From an uncultured Gammaproteobacteria bacterium (GTDB lineage Bacteria > Pseudomonadota > Gammaproteobacteria > Steroidobacterales > JBCBZW01): a DNA stretch of 64,000 nucleotides. The position numbers and the translations under genes were made by a program. Location of the stretch: NCBI GenBank assembly GCA_965369325.1, contig CBDUQI010000005.1, positions 2,267-66,266 of the forward strand, given 5' to 3'. The stretch's first letter is position 1. Every line of letters starts with the position of its first letter. Shown in pieces: positions 49,740-59,378 of the stretch. A model generated the notes under the pieces. It had not been told where the DNA came from and searched no databases. It saw only the letters and a list, made by a program, of their open reading frames with translations.

Positions 49740-51538
49740 GGGTCGATCCAGATGGGCGAACTCCACGCGCGCTCCTGAATCTGCTCCGGCAACGAGCCAT
49801 CGCAGCAACGCTCGTAACCCTGCTCGATGCCGTCAGGGTCTGAGCAGTCGACAGCCCCAGCGGCGCAGTCATGGGTACTCCAGCGATCCACCGGCGCCTC
49901 TAACAGACGCGTGTAGTACACCGAGGCCTGACCGCTCTCGTAGCTTTTGTCTTCCCACAGCACGCAACCCTGGCCTACGCCCTCACTCTGCGGGGCACGG
50001 AAAATCGTCACCACCGATTCATCGGTACTGCCGTCGCTATTGAGCCATGCCTTAATCACCTGCACTTCGAGGATGCCCGCACTGGCCGGATCTCGCTGCA
50101 TGCTGACCAGAAATTTCGGGTACTGCGCCCGTTGCCCAGACATAATGCCGCCCATCGCTGTGCCTTCGGCGTATCCCAGCGCAGCCATATTGGCCGTGCA
50201 ATCGGACAGGGTGTAGTGCCAGCCACCGAAAAACCGCAGTAGCGGGCGGGTACCGCTGGTCGCGTAGACCTCGCGCCGCGCCAACGCATCGAAAATCTCC
50301 TCCCGTGTGTTCTGACGCGCCCACACTGCGGTTAGCCCGCCCGGGTTTAGCGAGCCGCGCTGGAGGCGCTTTCTCGGCGTCGGATCCTGTGTGCCGGTGT
50401 GCCCCAGCCAACTGCCCTCATCGGTATTCCCACCCAACCCGGAATGGGCATCGGTCCCGGCCGTTAGGCCGAAACGGAACGGATTGACGCCCAGTTCGCT
50501 CTGCAGGCGCATCCCCTCGCGAAGGCCGAAGCGCGCAAACGAGCCGGCGGGCACAGCACCATCTGCGTCCTGCATCTGTTCGGTCTCCAGCAGCTCAAAT
50601 CCGCAGTTCGAATCGTTGGGCGCCGCAAAGTCCGGGTGACACTCAGAGGCCCCCTTGTGCTGGAATATTTCTACCAGGCTTTCGAACCGTCCCTGGCGTA
50701 TCAGGCTCTCGGTGGAGATCGCGAGGCCAGTCATCTCGCGGGTGGAGAAGGCGTAGCCACGGCTGGTGTTCAATTGGTGCGGGATAGACAGCAGCTGGCA
50801 ATCGCGGCCAGGCACGCATCTAGCATCCAGCGCCGCCCACAGAGCGCCAAGGGTGGGCGCCTGATACGCACTAACCGGTCTGGCGACCTCATCGCTGCGA
50901 AAAATAATATTGCGATGTCGGCGGGTGGCATCCTCCCGTTCATCCGTCGCGATCTGGCCCTGCGCGTCGTTCTCGCCGCCCACCAGCCCGGCACCTGGGA
51001 CACGCGAATCCAAGCTGTATTCGTAACCGATCAGGGTAGTGAACTCACAGGCGTCATTGTTCAGGACTGCGGCTTTGCGGACACGCGCCCACATATTGTC
51101 GGCCTGCTCTGCGCACAGCTGCGGATCCAGCACGGGCTCGTCGTTCTTACACAGCGTGTTCGCGGGGACCAGATCGCCTGCGCGCATCGCCTCGCAAGCG
51201 GCGCTGTCGAACCCGGGCGAGCCCGGCGTCGAACACAGATTTACTTCACCCAGATACTCGCTGTGATCTGTGACCGCCAAAAAATCCAGCCGGTTTCGCC
51301 CCTCGACATAGGCATCGTCAGGGGTCGCGTCGACGCCCAGGCCCAGGGCATCCTGCGAAAACGCGGTGTGCACATGCAGCTCGCCCCAATACGCATTACG
51401 TGTTTCCAGGAAGTCCGCGCATCGGGTCGGTGGATCAACCCAGGCGTCCGCCTGCGGCAGATCCAATGCCTGATCCTGAGCGGCGGCGTTGAACGCCAGC
51501 GCGCCAACAAAGACGAGCGAGATGATTATTCTTGTCAT
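49736..51538 (-). CDS. DUF3604-family secreted protein (PHP-like metal-dependent hydrolase fold)
   Basis: 600 aa with a signal peptide MTRIIISLVFVGALAFNAAAQ and N-terminal GELHVHTAFSQDA...VTDHSEY metal-binding-like motifs. Confidence 0.65.
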   Translation of the reverse strand: MTRIIISLVFVGALAFNAAAQDQALDLPQADAWVDPPTRCADFLETRNAYWGELHVHTAFSQDALGLGVDATPDDAYVEGRNRLDFLAVTDHSEYLGEVNLCSTPGSPGFDSAACEAMRAGDLVPANTLCKNDEPVLDPQLCAEQADNMWARVRKAAVLNNDACEFTTLIGYEYSLDSRVPGAGLVGGENDAQGQIATDEREDATRRHRNIIFRSDEVARPVSAYQAPTLGALWAALDARCVPGRDCQLLSIPHQLNTSRGYAFSTREMTGLAISTESLIRQGRFESLVEIFQHKGASECHPDFAAPNDSNCGFELLETEQMQDADGAVPAGSFARFGLREGMRLQSELGVNPFRFGLTAGTDAHSGLGGNTDEGSWLGHTGTQDPTPRKRLQRGSLNPGGLTAVWARQNTREEIFDALARREVYATSGTRPLLRFFGGWHYTLSDCTANMAALGYAEGTAMGGIMSGQRAQYPKFLVSMQRDPASAGILEVQVIKAWLNSDGSTDESVVTIFRAPQSEGVGQGCVLWEDKSYESGQASVYYTRLLEAPVDRWSTHDCAAGAVDCSDPDGIEQGYERCCDGSLPEQIQERAWSSPIWIDP

Positions 51539-51674
51539 TCCTCAGCCTTCAGGTTTGTTGTTGTTGCCGCGGGCGTGCGCTCACGTGCGGCTCTATCATC
51601 ATGCGACAGCTGGGCCGCCGTCTCAAGCATCGCGCACCTGACGCGGGCGCGCTGCGGTGCGGCAGGCACGCTCG

Positions 51675-52565
51675 CTAGGGCGCTCTCGCTGCCGCTTTAT
51701 TCCACGATGGGTGGTCCACCTCTATCCGATATCGTTGGCGCAGTTCTTCCATCGCAGCCTGGGTCGCCAGGCCCTGGCGCTCGCGCTGAATCTGCGCGGC
51801 CACTTTGTCACGCACCTGCACCAGCGGCAACGGTTGCGCGGGCTGGTGTTTATGCACCCACAGCAGGTGTGCGCCAAAAACACTCGCCACCGGACCGGAC
51901 CACTGCCCCTCGGGTTGGGCGACAATATGCGCGGCCAGGGCGGGATCGAACGTGCGGGCGATCTGTGCGTGCGTCAGTCCGGCAAAGTGTTGGCCGGAGA
52001 AAAACGCATCGCCATACTCAACCGGCTGCCCCGGCTGCGGGCGCCAGCCAGCAATCTGGCCGAACAGGTCCTTCGCCATTTGGGTCGTGGCCGCCTGATG
52101 CCGGTCACGGCTGACAAACACATGCGAAAAATCCACCCGACTAGCGCGCATGTATGCCTGAAGGTGCTGCTCGTAGTACGCCTGAATTTCGCTCTGCTTC
52201 GGCGGTGCGGCCGGTGTGGTGTACTCCAGTAGGAATTGCATCTTTTGCGCCATTCGGCGCTTGACCACCAGATCGTCCACATCCAGTCCCAGGCGAAGCG
52301 CCTCGCGGTACAGCAATTCGGTCTGCAGATGTTGCTCTATCTGCCCCTGCAGCTGCACCGGCGTCGGTGCCGCACCCATAGTGTTTTCCCATTCCCGCGC
52401 AAGCCCACTCACCCCCTCAGCGGTGAGCACGATGGACTGTTGCGAGGTACGTAGTGGTGGGCCGCCCCAGCGCCCGCCAGCGCCACCATCAGCGGCGTAG
52501 TATCCGGCGTACAACACCCCGCCAGCCAGCAATAGTTGCACAAGCGGTTCACGGAACCAGGACAT
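51675..52565 (-). CDS. membrane-anchored parvulin-type peptidyl-prolyl isomerase-like protein
   Basis: 296 aa with an N-terminal TM helix. It shows a SurA/PpiD-like pattern (...VDFSHVFV...GDAFFSG...GQWSGPVASVFGAHLLWV). The assignment is moderate. Confidence 0.5.
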   Translation of the reverse strand: MSWFREPLVQLLLAGGVLYAGYYAADGGAGGRWGGPPLRTSQQSIVLTAEGVSGLAREWENTMGAAPTPVQLQGQIEQHLQTELLYREALRLGLDVDDLVVKRRMAQKMQFLLEYTTPAAPPKQSEIQAYYEQHLQAYMRASRVDFSHVFVSRDRHQAATTQMAKDLFGQIAGWRPQPGQPVEYGDAFFSGQHFAGLTHAQIARTFDPALAAHIVAQPEGQWSGPVASVFGAHLLWVHKHQPAQPLPLVQVRDKVAAQIQRERQGLATQAAMEELRQRYRIEVDHPSWNKAAARAP

Positions 52566-52745
52566 CGACCTTTCCGGTAACTAGGTTGCCAGCATACTAC
52601 CCCAAGCACTTTGCCAGCGCCGAGGAGCTATCGGCCTAAAACGCAGTCGATTCACAAACTCACGCCACGTATAATGATGACTCCTCGCGCTTGCTGGCCC
52701 CAGTGGCTCTCATGTGCGCACGGTTTTCGCTCACGGATTTCATTG

Positions 52746-53333
52746 ATGTCAAACCGCACCAGTCACCTACCGCCACTCACCGGCCCGGCGCATGTTGTGC
52801 GCGAGTTGCGTTATCACGAGGCCTCACGGCAACTGTTCGCGGTGATCTTCGTGATCATCGTCGCCATTGTGGGCACGCCCGCCAACCCAGCGCTGTTCTA
52901 TGCCGGAGCCGCACTTGCCTTGTTGGGCATGCTGATTCGCCTGTGGGCATCCGGGCACGTCAAAAAGAACAAGATTCTTGCTACCGACGGCCCCTACGCG
53001 TGGGTGCGCCATCCACTGTATGTGGGCAACATCCTGCTGCTGGTCGGATTCAGCCTGGCCTGCGGATTGTGGTGGAGTGCGCCGCTGTTTGTTGCCTTAA
53101 TCGCTTTTTACTATCCCACGGCGATTTCTTACGAAGATTACAAACTGCACCGGATCTTTGGTGAACAGTGGGAAAACTGGCGCCGTACTACTCGGGCGCT
53201 GATTCCCACTCTGCCGGAACGTAAAGGCGGCCTGGGCAACTGGTCCCTGCGCCAAAGTCTTGTTGGCAACGGGGAGCCGTTAATCGTCGCACTGGTAATC
53301 TATTGTCTTTACCATCTGCACACGCAGCTCTAA
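52746..53333 (+). CDS. isoprenylcysteine-carboxyl / phospholipid methyltransferase-family membrane protein
   Basis: The ORF is 52611..53333, with a likely ATG at 52746. It is multi-TM, with LATDGPYAWVRHPLYVGNILLLVG (ICMT/PEMT-type motif). Confidence 0.65.
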   Translation: MSNRTSHLPPLTGPAHVVRELRYHEASRQLFAVIFVIIVAIVGTPANPALFYAGAALALLGMLIRLWASGHVKKNKILATDGPYAWVRHPLYVGNILLLVGFSLACGLWWSAPLFVALIAFYYPTAISYEDYKLHRIFGEQWENWRRTTRALIPTLPERKGGLGNWSLRQSLVGNGEPLIVALVIYCLYHLHTQL

Positions 53334-53417
53334 CGGCTAACCCCGGCGACGAATCGCTGCCGCCGCCAGTGTGCCGGCGCGCTCGGCGAACATCGCGGTT
53401 GGAACAGGTGCCATCCA

Positions 53418-54101
53418 ATGGCTGGTAACCACGCGCCGCTGGTGGCGCCAACCCTCGCGCAAATCACGGCCGCACTGGCTGAGCTGAACGGCCCGCTGGC
53501 CAGCGGCTACCAGGCACATGTCTATCAAATTAACGTCAACGGGCACCCCTACATCATCAAGCAGGCCGCGGCTGGTCTGCTGGGGATCGTGCACCGCTAC
53601 ATGCTAAGGCGCGAAGCACACGCCTACGCCCATGCGCACGATGTCGCCGGCGTCCCTGAGTGCTACGGGCTGGTCGACGGGCGTTTTCTGGTGCTGGAAT
53701 TCATTGATGGCCATACGCTGAGTGAGCAACGCGAATTCGAGGACCCCGAAGCTTTCTTTGGCGAACTGCGGCGTACCATCGAGCAGTTGCATGCCCGCGA
53801 TCTCGCTCACGGCGATCTAAAAAAACGCGAAAACGTGATGATCAACAAGGCGGGGCACCCGTACGTGATCGATTTTGGCGTCGCCACTGTGCGCGCGCGC
53901 GGTTGGCACCCAATCAATCACCTTGTACACGACACGCTGCGCCGCTACGACATTAACGCCTTGCACAAGCACCTGTATCGTGCCGGCGAAGGCCGACTGG
54001 TGCCCGCCGAGGAAAGCGTCAGGTTTGGCCAGACGCCAATTGAACGCTGCTCGCGGGCTATTCGTCCGTACTACGCCAAACTGCGCCAGCTGCTGCGCTA
54101 G
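53418..54101 (+). CDS. small protein-kinase-like fold protein (Kdo/RIO/STK-like)
   Basis: 227 aa with the catalytic loop LAHGDLKKRENVMI and a DFG motif (VIDFGVA). It has no obvious regulatory domains. Confidence 0.6.
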   Translation: MAGNHAPLVAPTLAQITAALAELNGPLASGYQAHVYQINVNGHPYIIKQAAAGLLGIVHRYMLRREAHAYAHAHDVAGVPECYGLVDGRFLVLEFIDGHTLSEQREFEDPEAFFGELRRTIEQLHARDLAHGDLKKRENVMINKAGHPYVIDFGVATVRARGWHPINHLVHDTLRRYDINALHKHLYRAGEGRLVPAEESVRFGQTPIERCSRAIRPYYAKLRQLLR

Positions 54102-54128
54102 TCCGCTGACGACCCGGCGGTCGGGTTG

Positions 54129-55805
54129 TCAGACTCGGCGGGCCGGCAGCAACTTGCGCGGATTCATAATACCCTCAGGGTCCAATGCCCGCTTGCCTGC
54201 GCTCAGCAACGTAAGCCCCAGCGCGCCCTGATCGCAGCTCAGCCAGGGCGCGTGATCCAGCCCCACGCCGTGATGATGACTGACGGTACCACCCGCCTGC
54301 ACGATGGCATCGCACGCGGCCCGCTTCACCGCCTGCCACTGCGCCACGGCATCCTGCGCGTTGCGCAGGAATACAAAGGTAAAGTACACACTCGCACCGT
54401 CTTGGTAACTGTGACTGACATGTGCCATGACGATGTGCTGCGCCTTGGGTGCTGCGCGATTTGCCTGCAGCGCGGTGTCAATCGCCTCGCGCACTTGCGC
54501 ATACAGTGCAGGCAGGCGAGCCCAGTCAGTCGCGGTCTCGAGCGTATCCACCCCCACACCACGATCCAGCAGCGGATCGCGCAGGAACGGCATATTGAAC
54601 CGATTGGCGAACCAGCGCTCACCGGTGCTGGTACCCAAACTCAACGCACCCGCCTTACGGCAAATGCGTTTGATTCGACCGACCGACCAAGCCACGAGTG
54701 CCGCCTCGCCCTCCACCCCAATCAGCAATAGGCAGGGACGTGCGGGGAACCCGCGCAACCGCAAATAGGCCGCCTTTAACGCCTCACCCATGCCGCCCGC
54801 TGCCTCGCTGGCGGAGGCCATCTGCATGAAGAAGGTTTCATCGGGATCTGACACACGCATCATCGCGGTTGGAATCTGAGCGTGATTCAGCTGACGAATC
54901 AGGGCGACACCTGAACTGAAATCGCGCACCAGATACCCACGGTAATCGCGCTGTGCGGGCAACGCACGCACCTTGAACGTTGCCTCACAAATCACCCCCA
55001 GGGTGCCCTCCGAACCGGCCACCCACTGGCGCAGATCAGGCCCGGCCGCACTCGCAGGTGCTGAGCAGGTGTCCCACATGCCACTGGGCGTGGCCAAACG
55101 CGCGGCGGCCAGCCATTCCTCCGCTTTGCCATAGCGATTGGATTGTTGCCCAGCGCCGCGCGCAGCAATCCAACCACCCAGCGTCGAGTATTGAAAACTC
55201 TGTGGGTAGTGCCCCAGAGTGACACCGTGTGCGGCCAGCGCCTGCTCCAACGCCGGGCCGTAGATGCCACAGCGCGCGGTGGCGCGCATGCTCTGGGTAT
55301 CCACCTCCAACAGCTCACACATCCGCGTCGTATCCAGGGTAATCTGCGTCTGCGGCGCATCCGCGTCCCCATTCACACCACCGACCACACTGGAACCGCC
55401 GCCAAAGGGGATTAACGCGATGCGTTGTTGTGCGCAGTACTGCACTACGGTCAGGGTCTGCTCGGGAGTACTCGGGTACACAACGGCGTCGGGCGCACCA
55501 CGCAATTCACCGGCGCGCGCACGCAGCAGGTCGTAGTAGCTACTGCCAAAGGCATGGAATGCGCGCTCGTAATGATCCACACATACACCGCCAGCGCCCA
55601 CTATCCCGACCAGCGCCTGGCGCTGGCTCTGGGTGAGCCTCGGCTCTGCCAGGCCAATCTCATCCAGTGTTACAGCGGGCGTTTGCGGGAATACATCCAC
55701 ACCCAGTGCCGCGGCCAAGCGTGGCCACAGGGGCGCATCATCAGGCAGCGGATCCGGCTGATTCGCCTCGCCCCAGCCATTCCATAACAACGCCTTGCGG
55801 TCCAT
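54129..55805 (-). CDS. FAD-linked oxidase, alkyldihydroxyacetonephosphate-synthase (AGPS)-like
   Basis: 558 aa. It has N-terminal LLWNGWG, an FAD-binding region ALIPFGGGSSVVGG, then YPQSFQYSTLGGWIAARGAGQQSNRYG, GSEGTLGVICEATFKV and C-terminal GGTVSHHHGVG. These segments parallel eukaryotic AGPS as I recall it. Confidence 0.8.
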   Translation of the reverse strand: MDRKALLWNGWGEANQPDPLPDDAPLWPRLAAALGVDVFPQTPAVTLDEIGLAEPRLTQSQRQALVGIVGAGGVCVDHYERAFHAFGSSYYDLLRARAGELRGAPDAVVYPSTPEQTLTVVQYCAQQRIALIPFGGGSSVVGGVNGDADAPQTQITLDTTRMCELLEVDTQSMRATARCGIYGPALEQALAAHGVTLGHYPQSFQYSTLGGWIAARGAGQQSNRYGKAEEWLAAARLATPSGMWDTCSAPASAAGPDLRQWVAGSEGTLGVICEATFKVRALPAQRDYRGYLVRDFSSGVALIRQLNHAQIPTAMMRVSDPDETFFMQMASASEAAGGMGEALKAAYLRLRGFPARPCLLLIGVEGEAALVAWSVGRIKRICRKAGALSLGTSTGERWFANRFNMPFLRDPLLDRGVGVDTLETATDWARLPALYAQVREAIDTALQANRAAPKAQHIVMAHVSHSYQDGASVYFTFVFLRNAQDAVAQWQAVKRAACDAIVQAGGTVSHHHGVGLDHAPWLSCDQGALGLTLLSAGKRALDPEGIMNPRKLLPARRV

Positions 55806-55840
55806 TCATCCCTCACTTGGGGTCGCGCGACGGCGACCGA

Positions 55841-56806
55841 CTAAAGACGCAATGCCAGCGCGCCTGGCAGCACCTCGAAACTGGCCGGCAACTGCCCGAT
55901 GGGCTCGCCGTCGGTCTCAATCAACACGGGCTCGCCGCCCAATGCCTGCGCATGCACCCGCGCGCCGCGCGCAGTACTCACTTTAGGATGGCCCAGATGT
56001 GCACCACGATACAGGCGCGGCAACCACCCCAGCATCTGCCACCAGGTGGTCTCAGCAATCACGGTGACATCTAACTGGCCATCGTCCGGGCGTGCATCCG
56101 GCGCCACCATCATAGCGCCGCCAAAATAACGCCCATTAGCGACGGCCACCGTCGTAATGTTGGCGTGCACAGGCGCCTGTGCGTCCACCGTCAGTGTCAC
56201 CGGCTGTGGCGTAAACCGCCGGCCGGCCGCCAGACTGGCCTGGGCGAACGTCACCTGCCCGCCCCACCGGCCAGCGCCACCGCGACGGTTGACATCCCGG
56301 GTCACCGCGCCAGACAAACCAAAACTGGCGATGTTGATAAAGTAGCGATTGATCTGATCACCGCGATCGCTCACACAGCGAACACGTCCCACATCCAACG
56401 ACCGCACGGGCGCATCGCCAATGTGGCGGAGCAACTCACTATGGGACTGCGGCAGGGTAAAGTTGCGGACAAAGTCGCCGCCAGTGCCGACCATCAACAC
56501 CGACAATGCCGCGCTGTGTTCACCTGCCGCGCCGTGGTGCATATAACCGTTGACCGCCTCGTTGAAGGTGCCATCGCCCCCCACCGCAATCACCAACTCA
56601 TGCCCGTCCTGCAACGCGGCTACCGTCGCCGCCGCCGCTGGCGCAAGCCTACTCTCACTGCCCGCCGGGCCGGCGCCCGGCGCTTGCGTGCGGTACACAC
56701 GCAGGCTGGGAAACACCTCCTGCACTTGCGGTGCAAGCTGTTGCCACAGGCGCTCGCAACGCCCGCCGCCAGCTCTGGGATTAACCACCGCCGCGACACG
56801 CATCAA
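55841..56806 (-). CDS. diacylglycerol-kinase-catalytic-domain lipid kinase (YegS/DagK type)
   Basis: 321 aa with VVNPRAGGG and VIAVGGDGTFNEAVNG. The start is TTG 56806 or ATG 56803, 5 nt after the glpD stop. Confidence 0.85.
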   Translation of the reverse strand: MMRVAAVVNPRAGGGRCERLWQQLAPQVQEVFPSLRVYRTQAPGAGPAGSESRLAPAAAATVAALQDGHELVIAVGGDGTFNEAVNGYMHHGAAGEHSAALSVLMVGTGGDFVRNFTLPQSHSELLRHIGDAPVRSLDVGRVRCVSDRGDQINRYFINIASFGLSGAVTRDVNRRGGAGRWGGQVTFAQASLAAGRRFTPQPVTLTVDAQAPVHANITTVAVANGRYFGGAMMVAPDARPDDGQLDVTVIAETTWWQMLGWLPRLYRGAHLGHPKVSTARGARVHAQALGGEPVLIETDGEPIGQLPASFEVLPGALALRL

Positions 56807-56808
56807 TG

Positions 56809-58473
56809 CTAGGCCTGCATAGGCTTGATCGGGAAGCTATCAAGCACGCGCTGGAGCTCTTCCTGCACACGCGCGTCGTCCCAGCCCAGTTCTTCCTGCA
56901 TTACCTGTGCACAGCGCACCAGCACGGCATCGCCAGGATGACCCAGCGTTCCGATGCCGGTGCGTCGCATAATGACATCCTCCAGGTGCCAAGCCATTTC
57001 GTGGCGCGCCGCATGACGTACCTGGCCGATCACCTCTGTGCGCCCTGCATGCACCGGCACGCCGGCGTCCTCGCTGGCGCCCAGCACATCATCCAGACGG
57101 CTACCGTGGTAACGACACAGGTTCGCGACCAACTCTGGCGATAACGTGTGATGGCGGCGGCAGGCCCGATCCACAAAGCTGCGGTAGCGACCAATCTCCC
57201 CACCGTACAACGGCGTGCAGTGCGTCTGACTGGCCACCGGCGGGCGGGCCAGCTTCACCAGCGCCTGGTCGACCGCACGCTCGGCCAGCGCGCGTGATGT
57301 CGTCCACTTGCCACCCACCGTGGACATCATGCCGCGCAGGCCGTCGGTTAGGCGATGGTCCACCACCTCGGCGGCACGGCTAGCCTTGTACGACTCACTC
57401 TTGCTGCCTTCACTGTCGGCCTGTTCATCCACTAACGGGCGCAGGCCGGCATAGGCATGCAGCACGTCAGCGCGGGTCAGATTCAGCCCCGGCAGCCCGA
57501 CGTTGATCACCTCCAAAAACGCATCAATGTCCTGCTGAGTGACGCTCAACTGGTCGGGCTCGGCGTGAAAAATCTCATCCGTAGTGCCTAAAATGGTATG
57601 CCCGCGCCACGGCAATACAAAGAAATGACGACCCTTGCGAGTCTTAATCGCCAGCGCCTCATCGCCCGCCAGGCTGCGCACGATCAGATGAATACCCTTG
57701 GAGCGAATCAGTGAGCGCGCCGGTTTGTCACTGCCCAGTAGCCCCATGGTTTTGTCCGCCCAGGGGCCAGAGGCATTGATGGTGACACGCCCGCGCAGGC
57801 CATATGTCTCGCCGCTGTGCAGATCGCACACCTGCACGCCTGTGATGCGCACTTGATCCCCATCCCGAATGCGGTCGAAGTTGGTCACACACGCGTAGTT
57901 CGCCACGTCAGCGCCAGCTTCGTTCGCGGCCAGCACCGACTCTAGGCACAGCCGCTCCGGCGAGTACATCTGGCAGTCAAAGAATAATTTGGCGCTGGCG
58001 AACTTGCGGTGCTTGAGCAGCGGCGCGATCTCCAGCGCCTGTGCATGACTGAGTTGCCGTGCGCCCGGCAGTTTTTTGTCGTCGTCCTGCAGGCGATTGC
58101 GATCGAATGAGAGCAAGTCGTACAACGCCAGCCCCAGACTCATCAGCAAGCGGCTTTGCTGGCCCCAGCCGTGGGTGGGCATAATGAAAGGCAATGGGTC
58201 AACCAGATGCGGGGCCACCACACACCAGATACGCCGCTCCGCCAACGCTTCGCGCACCAGGCGAAACTCGCCGTTTTGCAGGTAGCGCAAGCCACCGTGA
58301 ATCATCTTGGACGAGCCAGCACTGGTGCCGTGGCCAAAGTCATCCTTCTCCAGCAGCGCCACCTGCAGCCCGCGTTGGGTGGCGTCCCAGGCAATACTCG
58401 CGCCGGTAGCACCGCCGCCAACGACAATCAGATCGTACTCACGAGCGGCCATCGCCGCGATATCACGTTGCAT
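56809..58473 (-). CDS. glpD: FAD-dependent glycerol-3-phosphate dehydrogenase
   Basis: The ORF extends to 58611 and overlaps proC, so I prefer ATG 58473 (MQRDIAAMAAREYDLIVVGGGATGASIAWD...GTSAGSSKMIHGGLRYL). Confidence 0.85.
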   Translation of the reverse strand: MQRDIAAMAAREYDLIVVGGGATGASIAWDATQRGLQVALLEKDDFGHGTSAGSSKMIHGGLRYLQNGEFRLVREALAERRIWCVVAPHLVDPLPFIMPTHGWGQQSRLLMSLGLALYDLLSFDRNRLQDDDKKLPGARQLSHAQALEIAPLLKHRKFASAKLFFDCQMYSPERLCLESVLAANEAGADVANYACVTNFDRIRDGDQVRITGVQVCDLHSGETYGLRGRVTINASGPWADKTMGLLGSDKPARSLIRSKGIHLIVRSLAGDEALAIKTRKGRHFFVLPWRGHTILGTTDEIFHAEPDQLSVTQQDIDAFLEVINVGLPGLNLTRADVLHAYAGLRPLVDEQADSEGSKSESYKASRAAEVVDHRLTDGLRGMMSTVGGKWTTSRALAERAVDQALVKLARPPVASQTHCTPLYGGEIGRYRSFVDRACRRHHTLSPELVANLCRYHGSRLDDVLGASEDAGVPVHAGRTEVIGQVRHAARHEMAWHLEDVIMRRTGIGTLGHPGDAVLVRCAQVMQEELGWDDARVQEELQRVLDSFPIKPMQA

Positions 58474-58499
58474 AGCGGCTCCTGGCGCGCAGCGGACGC

Positions 58500-59315
58500 C
58501 TAATCGTCGGCATAGAGTTTGCTGGCCTGCTCGGCCGACAGGGTAATCCCCATGATCATCGCTGAACTGAAGCCTTCGTGCTCCATCTTGTTGAGACCTG
58601 CAATCGTGCACCCGCGCGGCGTGGTGACCTTATCGATTTCCTGCTCCGGATGCCCACCGCCCACCAGCAACGAGGCCGCGCCTCGCGCTGTTTGTGCCGC
58701 AATCGCCAGCGCATCCTCAGCACTGAATCCTATTTCGATGCCGCCTTGTGAGGCGGCGCGCACCGCACGCAGAAAAAATGCCACACCGCAGGCACCAAGA
58801 GCGGTAGCGGAGGACATTTTGTCCTCATCAATCACCAGAGTTTTACCTACCGGATCGAACAACCCGCGCACCAGGTTGAGCGCTGCCTCGTCGTCCCGGT
58901 CACAGGCAATGCAGGTCATTGATTCGCCAATCGCCACCGCAGTGTTAGGCATCGCCCGCACCACCGCCACCGCCTCGCCGACGTGGCGACGAATCTGCGC
59001 GATCGTGGCCCCTGAAACCACCGATACCAGCAGGTGCACTTGCGAATCAAGCGCCCCGCTGAGGTGTGACAACACGCCGTCGAGCTGAGTCGGCTCTACC
59101 GCCACGATCACCACCTGCGCCTCGCGCACCGCCTGGATGTTGTCCTGGGTAATACGAAAGCCTCTGGCCTGCGCCCACTCCAGCCCCTGCACATTGCGGC
59201 GGGTAAGAGTGATATGACCGGGAGCATAGCGCCCGGATTCCACCAGGCCGTTGGCAATGGCCGTACCCAGATTCCCGGCGCCAATAATCGCGACCCGCTT
59301 ACCGTCAGTTGCCAC
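58500..59315 (-). CDS. proC: pyrroline-5-carboxylate reductase
   Basis: VAIIGAGNLGTAIANGL plus the C-terminal TTPRGCTIAGL motif. GTG 59315 is preceded by AGGAGG, while the annotated ORF extends to 59369. Confidence 0.9.
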   Translation of the reverse strand: MATDGKRVAIIGAGNLGTAIANGLVESGRYAPGHITLTRRNVQGLEWAQARGFRITQDNIQAVREAQVVIVAVEPTQLDGVLSHLSGALDSQVHLLVSVVSGATIAQIRRHVGEAVAVVRAMPNTAVAIGESMTCIACDRDDEAALNLVRGLFDPVGKTLVIDEDKMSSATALGACGVAFFLRAVRAASQGGIEIGFSAEDALAIAAQTARGAASLLVGGGHPEQEIDKVTTPRGCTIAGLNKMEHEGFSSAMIMGITLSAEQASKLYADD

Positions 59316-59378
59316 TTTCCTAACCTCCTGAATGGTGCTGCTGCGGCACGCGCTACGTGCTCGGCGCACACTGTTGCG

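Noticed and set aside
50636-52114. A 492-aa plus-strand ORF, together with similar long ORFs at 60972-61961, 36514-37365, 30704-31576, 27687-28445, 20853-21533, 14381-15040, 7691-8236 and 9046-9543.
   Set aside because: All lie antisense to genes with clear family motifs. Their Arg/Pro/Ala/Gly-rich low-complexity composition is typical of spurious open frames in high-GC DNA, and I could not recognise any family motif in them.
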